Assembly: GCA_008632985.1 (NCBI GenBank)
Contig: QPGO01000049.1
Span: 372,001-436,000 of the forward strand
Length of the DNA stretch: 64,000 bases
From: Psammoneis japonica
Taxonomy: Eukaryota
Direction: 5' to 3'
Shown here: one piece after another, positions 12,491 to 24,599 of the stretch
Numbering within the stretch: position 1 is the stretch's first letter
Layout of the letters: every line of letters begins with the position of its first letter
The notes under the pieces: model-generated
Seen by the model: the letters and a program-made list of their open reading frames with translations, nothing else
Told to the model about the DNA's origin: nothing
Databases searched by the model: none
Made by a program: the position numbers and the translations under genes

Positions 12491-14362
12491 ATGCTATCGT
12501 CCATTGGCGAGCACGAGGAGGAGTCGCAAAAGCAACAACAACGACACCACCTTCAGCCCGTTCACGACACGTACGAATACGATGAAACATCTTGTCAAAT
12601 CACAAAGGGCCGTCTCGATCTGGCCCGTTACAAGCAGTCGAATTCCTGCACACTAGACAAGGATGAGCTGGCGGCTCTGAGGGAAGAACAGCACCACTTG
12701 GCATGCGAAGATTCTCAGTTTTGTCGTGCCGCAATTGAACGCAAAGCCCGTCAGGAGGAAGAGGCGCGTAGGGAAATTACGATGATGAGACGCGACATGA
12801 TTCGAACCATGGTAAAGGCACGAACAGACACAAGTAACGATGGCGTGCTTGGAGTGCAGCCAACTGGATGGGTCAAGAATTCTCTCATTGCGACGAGTGC
12901 GCTTCCCACAGATGTTCTGGCGTCGTTGGAGGAAGAAAATGACCGTGCAGAGGCAAAAGAGCAAGAGAAGAATATCACCCAAGGACACGATGCTCTGTAC
13001 AAGCGGCGGTGTTCTCGTATTCACATTCTCGTCGCGCAGAAGTGTTTTGACACAGAGAATATAAATCACGTTCGCAAGCCGGATTTAAAAAAGATTCTAA
13101 AGGAGCTTGATAAGGAGCGACCGAAATACACCTTGCGGCAGGTCTTGTTGTCGCGCCGGTTTCATTTATACAAGCATCGCTTTGCAAATGCTCAGTACGA
13201 TCGCACACTTTTGTATCCAACGCTGCCACAGCCAGCCGAGATTGCAGCTGGTGCGTATTGCCATGAATGCACGGCCACTGAAAAGGAGCGATCACGTCCC
13301 GACGGACATCGCTTCATCTTGGCAGCCGACACGCAGTTTGGTATACTCATGGTAGGTGCACAAAATATTTTTGACTTCGATGTTCACTGCCGTCGCCATC
13401 ATACTCTTCCATAGCTCACAATCTGTCTCTTCGACGTCATCAACGCAAAGGACGGGTACGCCATGCAGAATCCCAACTGGTCCAATGAGATTGAAATTTC
13501 TCGCCAGGCCGTGTCCACCATTAACGCAATGACGGGTAGAGACCGGCCTTTGTTTGTGTGCGTGTGCGGGGACCTGGTTGACACAGAATCCTCCTTTTCG
13601 CGTGCCCTTGCCAGTTGGAAAAAGGTCATGAGTGGATGGGAGAGGAATCTTGTCTTTGAGCAGCAAGTCAAGGACTTTAAGCGCGTATGGTCAGGTCTTG
13701 ATCCGGACATTGCCTTGGTATGTCTTTGCGGGAACCATGATGTCGGAAACCGTCCGACGGCGCAGTCCATTGGACACTGGACGAGCAGCTTTGGAAATGA
13801 CTATTTTGCCTTTTGGGCGAACGGGACTTTTAATATCGCCTTGAACAATTGCTTGTTTTCGGATCCGACGGGAGCGCCCGACCTGTTCAAGGAGCAGCTG
13901 CTTTGGTTGGAGGAGAAGCTGGCCTACGCAAAAGCTAATGACGCTACTCATATCTTTGTCTACGGCCACTTTCCTTGGTTTTTAAAACACGAAGAAGAGA
14001 CCGATGATGAGGTGTCATCCTTCAGTGCAGTCCCAGAAGGATGGGGGCCGCCGGGAACGCGGTTTCCAGACGGATACTTTACGATTCCATATGAACAACG
14101 ACAAATGGCAATGATACTGTTCCAAAGGTATGGAGTCACAGCCTGCTTTTCTGGCCACTTTCATCAAAATGTTGTGACCAAAACGACATGGGGCATGCCC
14201 ATGATTGTAACAGGCCCACTATCAATGACTCTAAAGAGCGAAATGAGCGATGAATTGAGTGGAGGTGAACCTCATGGTGTCGGAATGCGCGTTGTAGATG
14301 TCAGGGAGAAGAATGTTTTCTCGCATACGTTTATGCTTCTTGGTGAAAACAAAGATGAATGA
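12491..14362 (+). CDS. Calcineurin-like metallophosphoesterase (CPPED1/CSTP1-like) with an N-terminal extension; one intron (approx. 13352-13450)
   Basis: Motifs ADTQFG, CGDLVD, GNHD, GHFP and SGHFH. GT donor at 13352 with in-frame AG acceptors at 13414 or 13450. Confidence 0.85.
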
Positions 14363-15021
14363 GACAGCGGTGGGATTATTGCAGATTTCAAACAGGTTGT
14401 AACGAATAGCTCTATGTTACGACATGATTTCATTGATCCTGCTAAACTAGACAACACACATTTTTAGCATGATTCATTGAGCTTTCCTAACTAGAGTGAC
14501 ACTACCATGATTTCACTGAGATTCCTACCATAACTGGTGCCTATTTGAAAACCCGACCAATTGGTCCATTCTGGTCCTGTCAGTTGAACGTCACGCATAG
14601 CGCCCCAACTTGAAGTTCGCTCAAGAGGGCGGAGGTCTCTGAATGCAATTCTTCAATTGCAAGGTGTCGGTGCTATTCGATGAAAAACTACAAAATGGCG
14701 TACTACAAAGAAAAGAAGCTAGCACGTTGTATAACCTTACAAGAACCAGATTCCAGATGAAACGACTTTTCTTTTAGTCGTCGCGCTCCTTGTTCACCAT
14801 CCGCCAATCGCTTCAAAATTTCAAAACTCGTAGGCCCGGTACTACCGGTAGAGGGAGCATGCCACCCCCATCATCTCGACCCTTTCTTCTTCCCAACACC
14901 TCTTCCGCATCAAGTAAACCGACACTTGTCGGTGGAGCGTTGGATCTAGAGAGACTAAGCATTGCATCGTGTTAAAGAGTGGTGCCTGCTATCCTTCGAT
15001 CCTTTGATTATTGCACGAGCA

Positions 15022-16266
15022 ATGGTGAAGCCACGAAAGTTCATTTTTCCTCATTACCTAAACAAAGAGCAACGAGAAATAACAAAGAATCTTTTGGAAT
15101 GGGGCATTGATGAACACTCAGGTAATGAACGCCACAGAGACTTTGGGGCAAAGTACCGAGGAGTGATTCAACAAGTCCAAGACGGAAACGTGTATGAGAT
15201 GACTCATAATCCTCAGAGACTTCCCCGCGAACCGGAAGATGCGATACGGATTATACTTCGAAGCTGTATCCAAGAAAAGAAGCGCTTCCGTATTCTCATC
15301 GACGAACTCGAAGGTGACCGTCGCCCCCCTTATTTTGTGTATCCGTCAAGATATGCCGATGAAAAGGACGTGGTTCTTGTAAAGCCACGATGGGCTTACG
15401 AAAACCTATCGAGACAGGACCTTGATCCGTTGGGTAGATTCAGTAAGGAAGAATGTACAAAGCAAGAATACTTTTCGTCCTGGGTGAGTACTCCAGACGA
15501 CCCCGAAATACAGGGCCTTGTGTTTGAGGCGCTTGTTGCGTCGCATGCCATTCACAATGTACCATGCTTTCATTGCTACGGGCGCAACTGCCTCCAATGG
15601 AATGGCGGTCCGCAAGTTTCGTGGGCTGACCTGGTCTGCACTCATTGCGATAGCGTATATGAGATCAAGTCCAAACACGATATGGAATCGATTGAAAGGA
15701 CGAACGAACGTGTTCTGCCAGGTGGAGACTTTAGGAACTTTCACAGCTTGTGCAAAGAGTCGAGAAAAGACGGGTGGAAACGCTTTATTGTGGTGGTAAG
15801 TCGCACGACATCTTCAACCCGTCCCACCGGCTCACGTAATGACCAGGACTGGTGCTGGATCGTCCAAATAGCAGAAATCGATAAGCTTATCCCGCAACTA
15901 AAGCCTTCGTGCTTTGCTAACCCAAAAAAGATGAGACCCAAATCTCTGGTTGTAAAGAAACAGCCGTCCGTGTTTTGGTTCCGTCTCCCATACGTCAAGG
16001 TTGATCAAAAGAAGATTGTCCACGAGCTTTTGGAAGAAGATATGCCAGGCATTACAACCCAAACGAAAGTCTCTGACGAAGAGTCCGATGAAGTAACTGA
16101 TACAACTACAAAGCAAGAGCAAATCGAGCCACTAGACTTGGACGCACTCAGAGAGAGTCTGCAACATGAGGCCGTCGACTGTTGGGAGGATCTTCTTGAA
16201 GACGATGACGACGAAGCGGCCGGGTCATCAGAGTCGTCTGAGGCACCCCAGCCTCTCTTGCCGTAA
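15022..16266 (+). CDS. Zn-binding PD-(D/E)XK-type protein resembling the DpnI/Dam-replacing-protein catalytic domain
   Basis: GLVFEALV...CFHC...ADLVCTHCDSVYEIKSK...GGDF parallels the recalled R.DpnI pattern ILTEDWV...CPNC...ADFYCxxCxExFELKSK...DGAY. Intron-less ORF with an acidic tail. Confidence 0.6.
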   Translation: MVKPRKFIFPHYLNKEQREITKNLLEWGIDEHSGNERHRDFGAKYRGVIQQVQDGNVYEMTHNPQRLPREPEDAIRIILRSCIQEKKRFRILIDELEGDRRPPYFVYPSRYADEKDVVLVKPRWAYENLSRQDLDPLGRFSKEECTKQEYFSSWVSTPDDPEIQGLVFEALVASHAIHNVPCFHCYGRNCLQWNGGPQVSWADLVCTHCDSVYEIKSKHDMESIERTNERVLPGGDFRNFHSLCKESRKDGWKRFIVVVSRTTSSTRPTGSRNDQDWCWIVQIAEIDKLIPQLKPSCFANPKKMRPKSLVVKKQPSVFWFRLPYVKVDQKKIVHELLEEDMPGITTQTKVSDEESDEVTDTTTKQEQIEPLDLDALRESLQHEAVDCWEDLLEDDDDEAAGSSESSEAPQPLLP

Positions 16267-16334
16267 TCTAGTAACGCAATAAAATTGTCGAATTTTACTG
16301 CTCGTTTGTCAGCTAAAAGGGCTCTGACTACGAG

Positions 16335-18295
16335 CTACGACGTTGTATTATCCGTGACAGCGAAAAACCGAACTGTGCTTTGGCTCGCAACAGCAACGCG
16401 ACTGCCATCTGAGGATAGGGAAATGGCGCCGTCGTCGAAGCCTGCAATGGGAAAGGAAGAATCAAAGAGTCGTATCCAGGATGTCCCCACCAGTCTATAG
16501 ATAATGGCTTGGTTCGCACCTGCCGATGGATTATTCATAACCACAATAAACTGACCATTCTCAGAAAGAGCATGGGACCAGCCCCACGAACCACCTACTT
16601 GTCCGTCACCAATAATATCATCTCCCAATTGACTCCACGAGTTTCCATCTTGGTTAAAAACTTGTACCAAACCACTGTTGAATCCATTAATGTTGGACAG
16701 CGGTTGGCCCACAGCTACCACCTGTCCATTTCCAGACATGGACACAGGAGTATTCCTGGCGTCACTTGCAATTTCAATAGTCTGCGCGATCCACAAATCT
16801 TGATCTTGATTGTATTGGTATACAGCAAGATCCACAACGATTGTGTTTCCGTCATTCGATATGGCCGTTCGAGTAAACGAATTACCCTGATTGGTTCTGC
16901 CAAAAGATGTCGTAATGGGATTCCCTCGTTGCGACCAGTCGTTGGAAACAAGGTCGTATACCCGAAATTCCGTTGTGCCTTCCACAGCGACCGTTGTTCC
17001 ATTCCGGGTGAGCGACACGGTCCATCCTTCAAAATTAATTGGGCTACCGAAGGGAGTCCAAACGTTGTTGATTAGGTCATAAACCTGAACCGAAAGAGTG
17101 CTTTCCACGGATCCGACCGCCATTCGATCCCCCAACAAGGACACAGATGCAGCTCCGTCTTGTGCAATGGCATTTCCAAGCACTGTCCATACTCCACCTT
17201 GCTGCTCCTCATAGACTTGTATAGATGCCGTTTCAACAACTGCGATGCGAGTTCCGTCTCGAGAATAAGAAAGCGGGACACTGCTTTGGTCGACTGTAAT
17301 TGTCACACTGCCAGCGTCCAATGTAGATAACAATGTTGGAGATGCTGACGGTGCAGGTGACGCGGTAGGAGTAGCTGTTAACGTTGGTGAAAGTGTAGGT
17401 ACCAGCAAACTTGAAGGTGCTGCTGTACTGTCACTTCCGCCACCACCACTGACACCTACAACTATACCCACAATCGCACCAATCACAACCAAACAGACCA
17501 CCGCCACAATGAGTTGTGTCCGTCGATCTCGAATGGTACATGATTTATCCACAACTCCTTCCACTAGTGGCGGCAAGTCTTCATCGATCGGCGGCAATGA
17601 GGAAGGATCCCCTTGTTCCGTCTCGTCTGTTACAATGGTAGCATCCAATGCAGGCATATCATTCTCTTCTCGCTGCATGTTGGGTGGTGGTGGTGGTTCA
17701 TCGTCGTCACCAAAGCCAATCTGAATAGTAGCAACCGATTGAGATTCTTCCAACGCACCCGGTCCACGAATGGCATATGCTCCAGGACGGATACCAGCAG
17801 TATCCTCGGGTATTCCGACGTTGCTAGTAGTTTCCATAGAAATGGGTGCCGACGACGATTCTGGAGCCGTTCGAGAGGACCTGGGGGGTCGACTGGCTCC
17901 GAACGTTCCAATCCATCCGCATAAGGATTGAGAGACGGCGTCTCGTTATTTCCTGAGCGAGATACTGTAGCATGATATTTTGTTGGTATGCCCAGTTTCT
18001 GTTGTGCTGGCATTTTTGGTTGCGAGTCATGAGATGTGACCGCTGCTGGCGTCTGTCGATGATGAAGTAGCATGTTGCTGAACACTTGCAGCGTCCTTTG
18101 TTGACGATAACCACGTCTGGTTGTAGCACCAGCGTTCTTTTTCGATTCCAATGCTCGTTGCCCTAGTTCCGCATCTTGCACATCTAGTCGATCAGAGTTG
18201 TTTGCAGAACGCCGCTGAGGCGGTTGAAGCGATGGCAGATTCGAATCATCTTCCACACCACCAGTACGTCTATAAGGCTTTCTTTTCTTGGACAT
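16335..18295 (-). CDS. Single-pass membrane protein with an extracellular FG-GAP-like beta-propeller; 5' structure uncertain
   Basis: 500-aa ORF 16335-17837: PGAYAI motif, TM helix LIVAVVCLVVIGAIVGIVVGV, PT/PS linker, then repeats such as VSMSGNGQVVAVG and WSQLGDDI. The upstream MSKKRKPYRR resembles exon 1 of the paralogue at 52319. Confidence 0.75.
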
Positions 18296-18649
18296 TTCAT
18301 CTAAATAAAAACAAAGTGGCCGTATGGAAAAGTCAAAAGGTTGTCCAAACAAACAGGGCGTCGATGCAATAGCATGGGTTGAGCTTATTGCGATGATTGT
18401 TGGTTGTTGGCGATGATGATGATTCTTGCTTCAAATTGAAAATGGCCTGTCTGTCTGTCACAAGTCAGGACCGTGTCTGAAGATCACCAACACCATCCCC
18501 CCAGCCAGCCAGGAGAGACGCTTGATCCATGGTGCTTGCAAGAGTGCCCACCGATGATCATGAAGTCAGCTTTGCCACGTTCTTCTCGTGTGAGTCGTCA
18601 TCGTGTCATTCTGCAAGTTTTTGTCGCAAATGTTGAGGTGGCTGCTGCA

Positions 18650-19700
18650 GAGCAGGAAAGCTAAAATGGATCTTTTTAGCTGCAGACACCGGCGCAAATT
18701 CTGCGAGGGGAAGTGAAAAATCTTCAAAAATGGAGATCTTGAAAATCTTGAACTCTGCAAAAAGCAATGCTGTGACAACAATGGCAAGCTTTCAATGCAG
18801 CGAGCCCCTTGCAGAGATCCAATTGTTGAGTTGCTGACATCATTGAATGAATCATGTTTTTGTTGAAAGTTTCAGCCGTTGATTCGTTTTTGGCACTGTG
18901 GAGGTCACTTTGTTGGAAAAAAGCCAAGCCATCTGTGCACAACTCCAAAAAACTCCAACAAGTTGCTCACAACATTTTGCAGCCACTGTTCCTTTTTTGC
19001 TCCTTTGTCCAAGAACAGAGCATCAGCATTCTTAAAATTGCCCATGACAAGAGTGCGCAACATTTCTGTTCCAGTCCAGAAGCACATCAATCAACCAATT
19101 GCTGTTGTTTGCAAGGTGTTTTTCTCAGGAAAGTCTTTCTCTGGCCTTGTTCACCTTGGATTCATCACACTTTCCAGCCAAGCTGTCTGGGTCCTGCTTG
19201 AAATTTTGCATTTGCAGTGGATCCGCTGATGTTGGCCTTGCCACAAAACTCCATTTTGTGCAGCAATGGTCCAAAACCGCACAAACATGTTGTTGGACTT
19301 CAAGGCCCATTTGAGCATTGACTTGTGCAGTGACATTGGGGTGGGATCTGCTGAACTGTCATCTGCTTCACCTTTTTTCTTTGCTGCCTTGGGCATGTTC
19401 CTTCTTGCACCAGGCAAGGAAAGTGTCAAACATTTCACAAAAGCTCCAAGGCAAGCAAGCAAATGCCATCTTGGCACCTCGCATGATGGCATCTTTGCAC
19501 TTTCACATGACATCCTGGAAGGACTTGAGCTTTCCATCCTCCTTGGGTTTGTTTGACACTAAAACATGCAACACAATCTTGTTGCTCATTCCAGTGTGCA
19601 TGAGGTCTTCTTTGCAACAATTGAAAAAGCGCACTTCATCATGCCAGACAGTCACTTGGAGGAGGTGGACTTTGATTGTTGGATGTCAAACAGGGCATTG
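18650..19700 (-). mobile_element. Degenerate Crypton-like tyrosine-recombinase transposon ORF
   Basis: Fragments KKKGEADDSSADPTPMSLHKSMLKWALKSNNMFVRFWT, ARPTSADPLQMQNFKQDPDSLAGKCDESKVNKARERLS and CFWTG resemble stramenopile YR/Crypton ORFs. TpA-depleted and frameshifted. Confidence 0.5.
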
Positions 19701-21000
19701 CTCAGTTGCAGCTTTTTCACACTTACAAGGCATCAAGCAGCTGCACTTGGGCATTGACCAACCACACAAACCACATCACATCACTGTGGTGTGGGCCCAA
19801 CTGAATTTGAGCACAGGAATCAGCCTTCTTTTTGATGTCAACACAGAGCTTCCTTGTGTAGAATCACACTGGCTTGCTTTGGTCCAGTTCTTTCTGAAAT
19901 GGTTTGAAGGATCAGCCCACATGGTTGAGAGCAGAGTGCCACCTCTGCAGCAAGGTGAGAGCATTCTCGCACCAAGAACTTTGTTGGGCTTTTTGTTGCT
20001 GCCTTTGCTTGAAGGTTCTTTCTTCACATTTTGCAAAGTCAGATGGTTTGTCTTTGGATGTCTCAAAAACAAATTGTGATCCCCCACATTGGAGAAGTGC
20101 CAGCATGTTGAATGAGGTGTGACAACACAAGCCTTCTGCCCATGATGCACAAGCACCCAATGGAGGACAGAGATCATGCACTTTGGTGCCCGAACAATGA
20201 AGCATGGCATCAGAAATTTTTGCAAGGTTTGCATCAGCACTGCAATCACATTGATGATGTCATGCTCCCTCTTTGTGACTTTCTCTTGTCCTCTTGTCGG
20301 GCATGGCTCTTTGACAAAGAAGTGGCTCATTTGCAGGTTGAGACTGCCTTGGTGCTGTGGCATGCACAGTCTTCAGACATTGGATGGCATCAAATTTTCA
20401 GTGGCCACGCTGCTCCCCCCATGAAATGGGCGGCAGTCAGAGCCCACTTGAGAAACTCCGGCTTGTTGTGACAGCATCAAGAGGAAAACAAGTGCCCTCC
20501 CAACTAGACAGCTCACACTGCTCCTTCATTTGGAAGTGCTGGTGGGAGTTGTTGGAAGACCACAATGGGTCTGTTCATGGATGTGATGCTGACACACCCA
20601 AGTCCTCCCAACACAGAATGGCAGAGGCTGAGTTGACTGCAATTTGCAACAAGAGGCAAGAGTGTCTTTCAAAGGACTGCAGAGTGTCATTGGGTGCTGA
20701 CGAGGAATGTCAGGAGTTTTGTCCACAACATGCACACAAAACTGGAGTTCAATGGGTTGACCCAGACTCAAAGAGAGCCTCAAGGAGGCAAGGTGCTTGG
20801 CACTTCATGGAGCATGCACCAGTGCCAGCTGCTCAACCTTCTTGTTCTTCTGCACAGCACTCCTTGTTGAGTGGTGTGCTGGAAGCCACTTGTGAGTCTT
20901 TGAATGCACTGTGCAGTCAGCACGACTCTCTGCAGTGCCGGAAAGCACCGGGAAGAGCTCTGTCATGTTGCTTCAGATGGAAACATGGCCCCGCACATTG
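19700..21000 (+). mobile_element. Degenerate 3' portion of a non-LTR (LINE, possibly Ambal-like) retrotransposon
   Basis: EDRDHALWCP (zinc-knuckle-like), IGWHQIFSGH and FIWKCWWELLEDHNGSVHG (cf. lW..RN..vHg at LINE C-termini). TpA-depleted. Confidence 0.4.
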
Positions 21001-21384
21001 CCTGTGCCATGGATGGAACCAAACCAGACAGTGCCAGTCTCTCAACCACTGCTGTTGAGATTCTTGCTTCCGCATGTCCCAACACCACAGAAATCAAAAA
21101 CAACAAGAATGGGCTTCAATTGGCTGCAATGATCAGGAACATCAAGGACCAACATTTGGAATGTGTTGTCGTTCAGACGAGAGAAGCAAGGCACAGCACG
21201 TTTCTACGACATGTACACTTCTGCGTGCTTGTCCCGAGCTGCATCGCATGGACACTGGCAGCTGGTAAGAGTGCACATAGTCTTTCTGGTGTCGAATTGT
21301 GATCACAAGAGCAATGACATTTATAAATCCCATTTTTCTATCAAATTCTTACAAATTACCAGAAAATTCCCCCCTATTTACGTA

Positions 21385-23068
21385 TTACGGCCATCCAATT
21401 TTGAGAAAGCTTCGGATTCGGCATCTTCCAATGGGGCACGCTCCACCTAGCTTGGTCAAGCAATCGTCATTGGCACACTCTTGGCAAAGCAACACGTGAC
21501 CACAAGGAACAACCGCGTGCGATCGTGTTCCCTCCAGGCAAATGACACAAGGTTGCTGATCCATGGGCGATCCAATCACTTTTTGGGCTCGAAAGAAACG
21601 GCATCGTTGAATCGGACAACCTAAAGAGTGACGGAAAAGAGGATATAAAGTGTAAGCTCCAAAGATAAACAAAATCAAAACAATGACCCGCAAGATATTC
21701 TTGCAAGTCAGACTTACATCCATCGAGTCGCACGAGGCAATCCATGTCGGCGCAGTCATGACACAACACCACGTGGCCACAAGGAACCAATGCATGAGAC
21801 AGTTGGCCCTCGAGACAGACACAACACGTATTAAGCGTCGCATGCAGCGAAGGTAACGGTGAAAACGAGTTGTCCGGGCAACGACGTTTTCGTGGTGGCA
21901 TCTTCTCTTGTTGCGTGTCGTCGTCTTCAACATTGTCTTGCTGTTCGGCTACTCCGCTCGCCGCAAGCAGTTCTTGAATGGGAGCCTCCAGATTGTAATC
22001 CATGGACGAGTAGTATCCTTGTCTGCGTGTTTCGGCGGCCAGCATGCTTGGCGTTAGTCCTTGTTTGTTCTTGTGCTGCGCACATCTGGGGTAGACTTTG
22101 AGCAGTGCTTGCAACTTTTTGCCAAGATTAAAGGTTCGTGCTCCCTTGACGAATGCATAGTGAATGGGCAAATTGCCGTTGCGGTCCTCGACTCGCACAC
22201 TCTTGGGATAGGATGCCACGAGGCATTGAATCATCACGAGACTGGCGTTTTCTTGCAGAGCCAAATGCAACGCAAGACGGCCGTCATGGTCTTGATGCGT
22301 GAGCGCATTGGGATAGGTGCTCAACAGCAACTCGAGAGAGGCTTGCTTGGCACGGGCTTGGACAAAGCAGTGGAGTGGCAATTGGCCATTTACGTCTGGA
22401 GTAGCAGCAGCAGCCAACAAGGGAGACGGCACCAAGTCACTTGTGGTTAGCAGCTGAACGACTTCGAGAGAATCGCAACCGGCAGCCACATGGAGTGGCA
22501 GCTTGAGAAGCAGAGCAAAATGAGAGAATATGATTTAGAATAAAACACCATCTCATACGATAATAATGGCTCAAAGGCTTCATCTTTTTCTCACCTGACA
22601 ATGCGAATTGGTTTCGACTCGCAATCCGTCGAGACCCGCCTGCGTCATTAGATGTCGAACAATGCTGCGCGAGAGTTTGTTTTGCACCGCCAGCACAAGC
22701 GGTGGTCCACTGACTCTGGTAGTATTCTTTTCTCGTTGTTGTTTTTCAGTCGCTGATTGAATCACCATGACAAAATCATTAGACCATACACGACGGCATT
22801 GTCCTTGACGAATCAAGTCTTGAACGACGCGTTTGTAGGGATAAACGGAAAGTAGAGTTTCAATCAATGCCAGGGGTGTCGAGGACGCTTGCAGCGCGAC
22901 AATGAGCGGGAGATCGCCATTGTCATCCGTAATGTTGACTTCGTTGGGAAACTGTTCCGCACGTCGGATGGCCAATTGGTAGAGTTTGGTTCGAATCAAC
23001 TTATGAAGCTGCGGTGTGGCTTCAGCTTGACTATTCGGAGCCGCCGATGCACCCGTTTTGCTTGTCAT
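21385..23068 (-). CDS. Ankyrin-repeat protein with two C-terminal RING (C3HC4_3-type) fingers; probable E3 ligase, spliced
   Basis: Repeats NGDLPLIVAL, NGQLPLHCF, DGRLALHLAL and NGNLPIHYAF. RINGs CCVCLEGQLSHALVPCGHVVLCHDC and CVICLEGTRSHAVVPCGHVLLCQEC...CPIGRC. Confidence 0.8.
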
Positions 23069-24599
23069 CGTCGCGAAACACACACCATGTTCTCACACCA
23101 CCACCTCATTATCATAAAAGAATTCGAACAAATTGTTCTTCTTTGCCTTGCAACACCAGTGCAATACTTCTTCTTGTTCACATGAGAACAACTGCCTATT
23201 CAACATGTTGACAACAACACAAACACGGAATCTCCCTCCGACCTTCAGAAAAAGAATTTGAAAAAACTCCAAAACAGATGCCATCACGTTCGAATGTGAT
23301 GTCATCTATGTAGCTTAGGTAGCTGAATATATATATAGACAAATTGGATCTTGCACAGAATTATGTACAGGGGTCGCCGATCTAGTGTTTAGTATTTATT
23401 ATTCCTACGATTACTTATCCGTTAGACATTATCGACGAAGAAATGTGACAAATGCATTTTTGGTAACTTTTATTCGAACATTTAGTGTGGTTTGAACTTA
23501 CGTCATCAATGACGTCATAGGAGTCGTTCTGGGCTTATGCTTGTGTCAGAATGCCTAACACCCCGTCGACGGCCTAATTAATTTATGTATTATGATGTCA
23601 TCAGCTTATAAAAGAAAATGTCCTACGTGTCTTTTCCTCTAACGGAATTTATTTATGGAGATAATAAACACTATGTTTACGGTCTATAGAATATATTTTT
23701 ATTCGTGAACAATTCGCGAAATAATAGAAAAAATAACACTAATGCCGCACGCCGCGCCGATTAGATCAGCGAGGCCTGTAGTACAGCATTGAACACAATA
23801 CAGACAAACAGACAACCGCGACATGCGAAATTTGAAATTGACAGCAAAAACATGAATGCAACATCATCTCGCGTTGACACTGTTGATCTCAACAACACAC
23901 TGCAGCAAGCAGCAACAACACAGCCCTGTCTTGTTTTTACCATGAAGGAGGATTCATTGGTGGGTGCGTGGTGTGGCTGCACTTTGAGTGCCGTGCTGGG
24001 CTGCCGCTGGGCAGCATGCTGCGAGTCTGGGATCCTCGCTGCTCTGGGCACCAACACACTGTTGACACAACAGGATCCCACCAATGCACACCACATTGCA
24101 ACCCAAAACTTGTCTCTGGGACCACCCATTGGCACCTTGGAAGATGTGGTGGATCCGCACGTGGCACTGGAACCAGAGTCGGAGTCGGAGTCGCTCTGTG
24201 CAAGCTCACCTGAAGAGTGCCCCGTGTGCCATGTGGTGGACACGATGGCTGGTGGTGGTGGTGGTGCATCAAATGTCCTTGTCTTTGCAGATTCAGCATT
24301 GCTGCTGCAGACACATCACCACCTGGAGCACAAGTCCCTGAGGATGAATGTGGTGAATCCATTGCACACCCAGAATGCCGCCGAGTGATCAAGACTCGAC
24401 GGGCTTGGAGGGAGTCATTTCCACGTCTGACAATTGGGAAGGCAGTGTGCCAGTTGTGATGTGGGAAGACCTGTTTCCACACATTGGAAGTCATCAACAA
24501 AAGCAATCTGTTTCATCGGCAAGCTTGCTGTCCCACAAGGGAAGATCCAATCCCAAGGCACTCAAGAATTTGCCTTGCCGGACTCCAGGTGTGTTGAAG

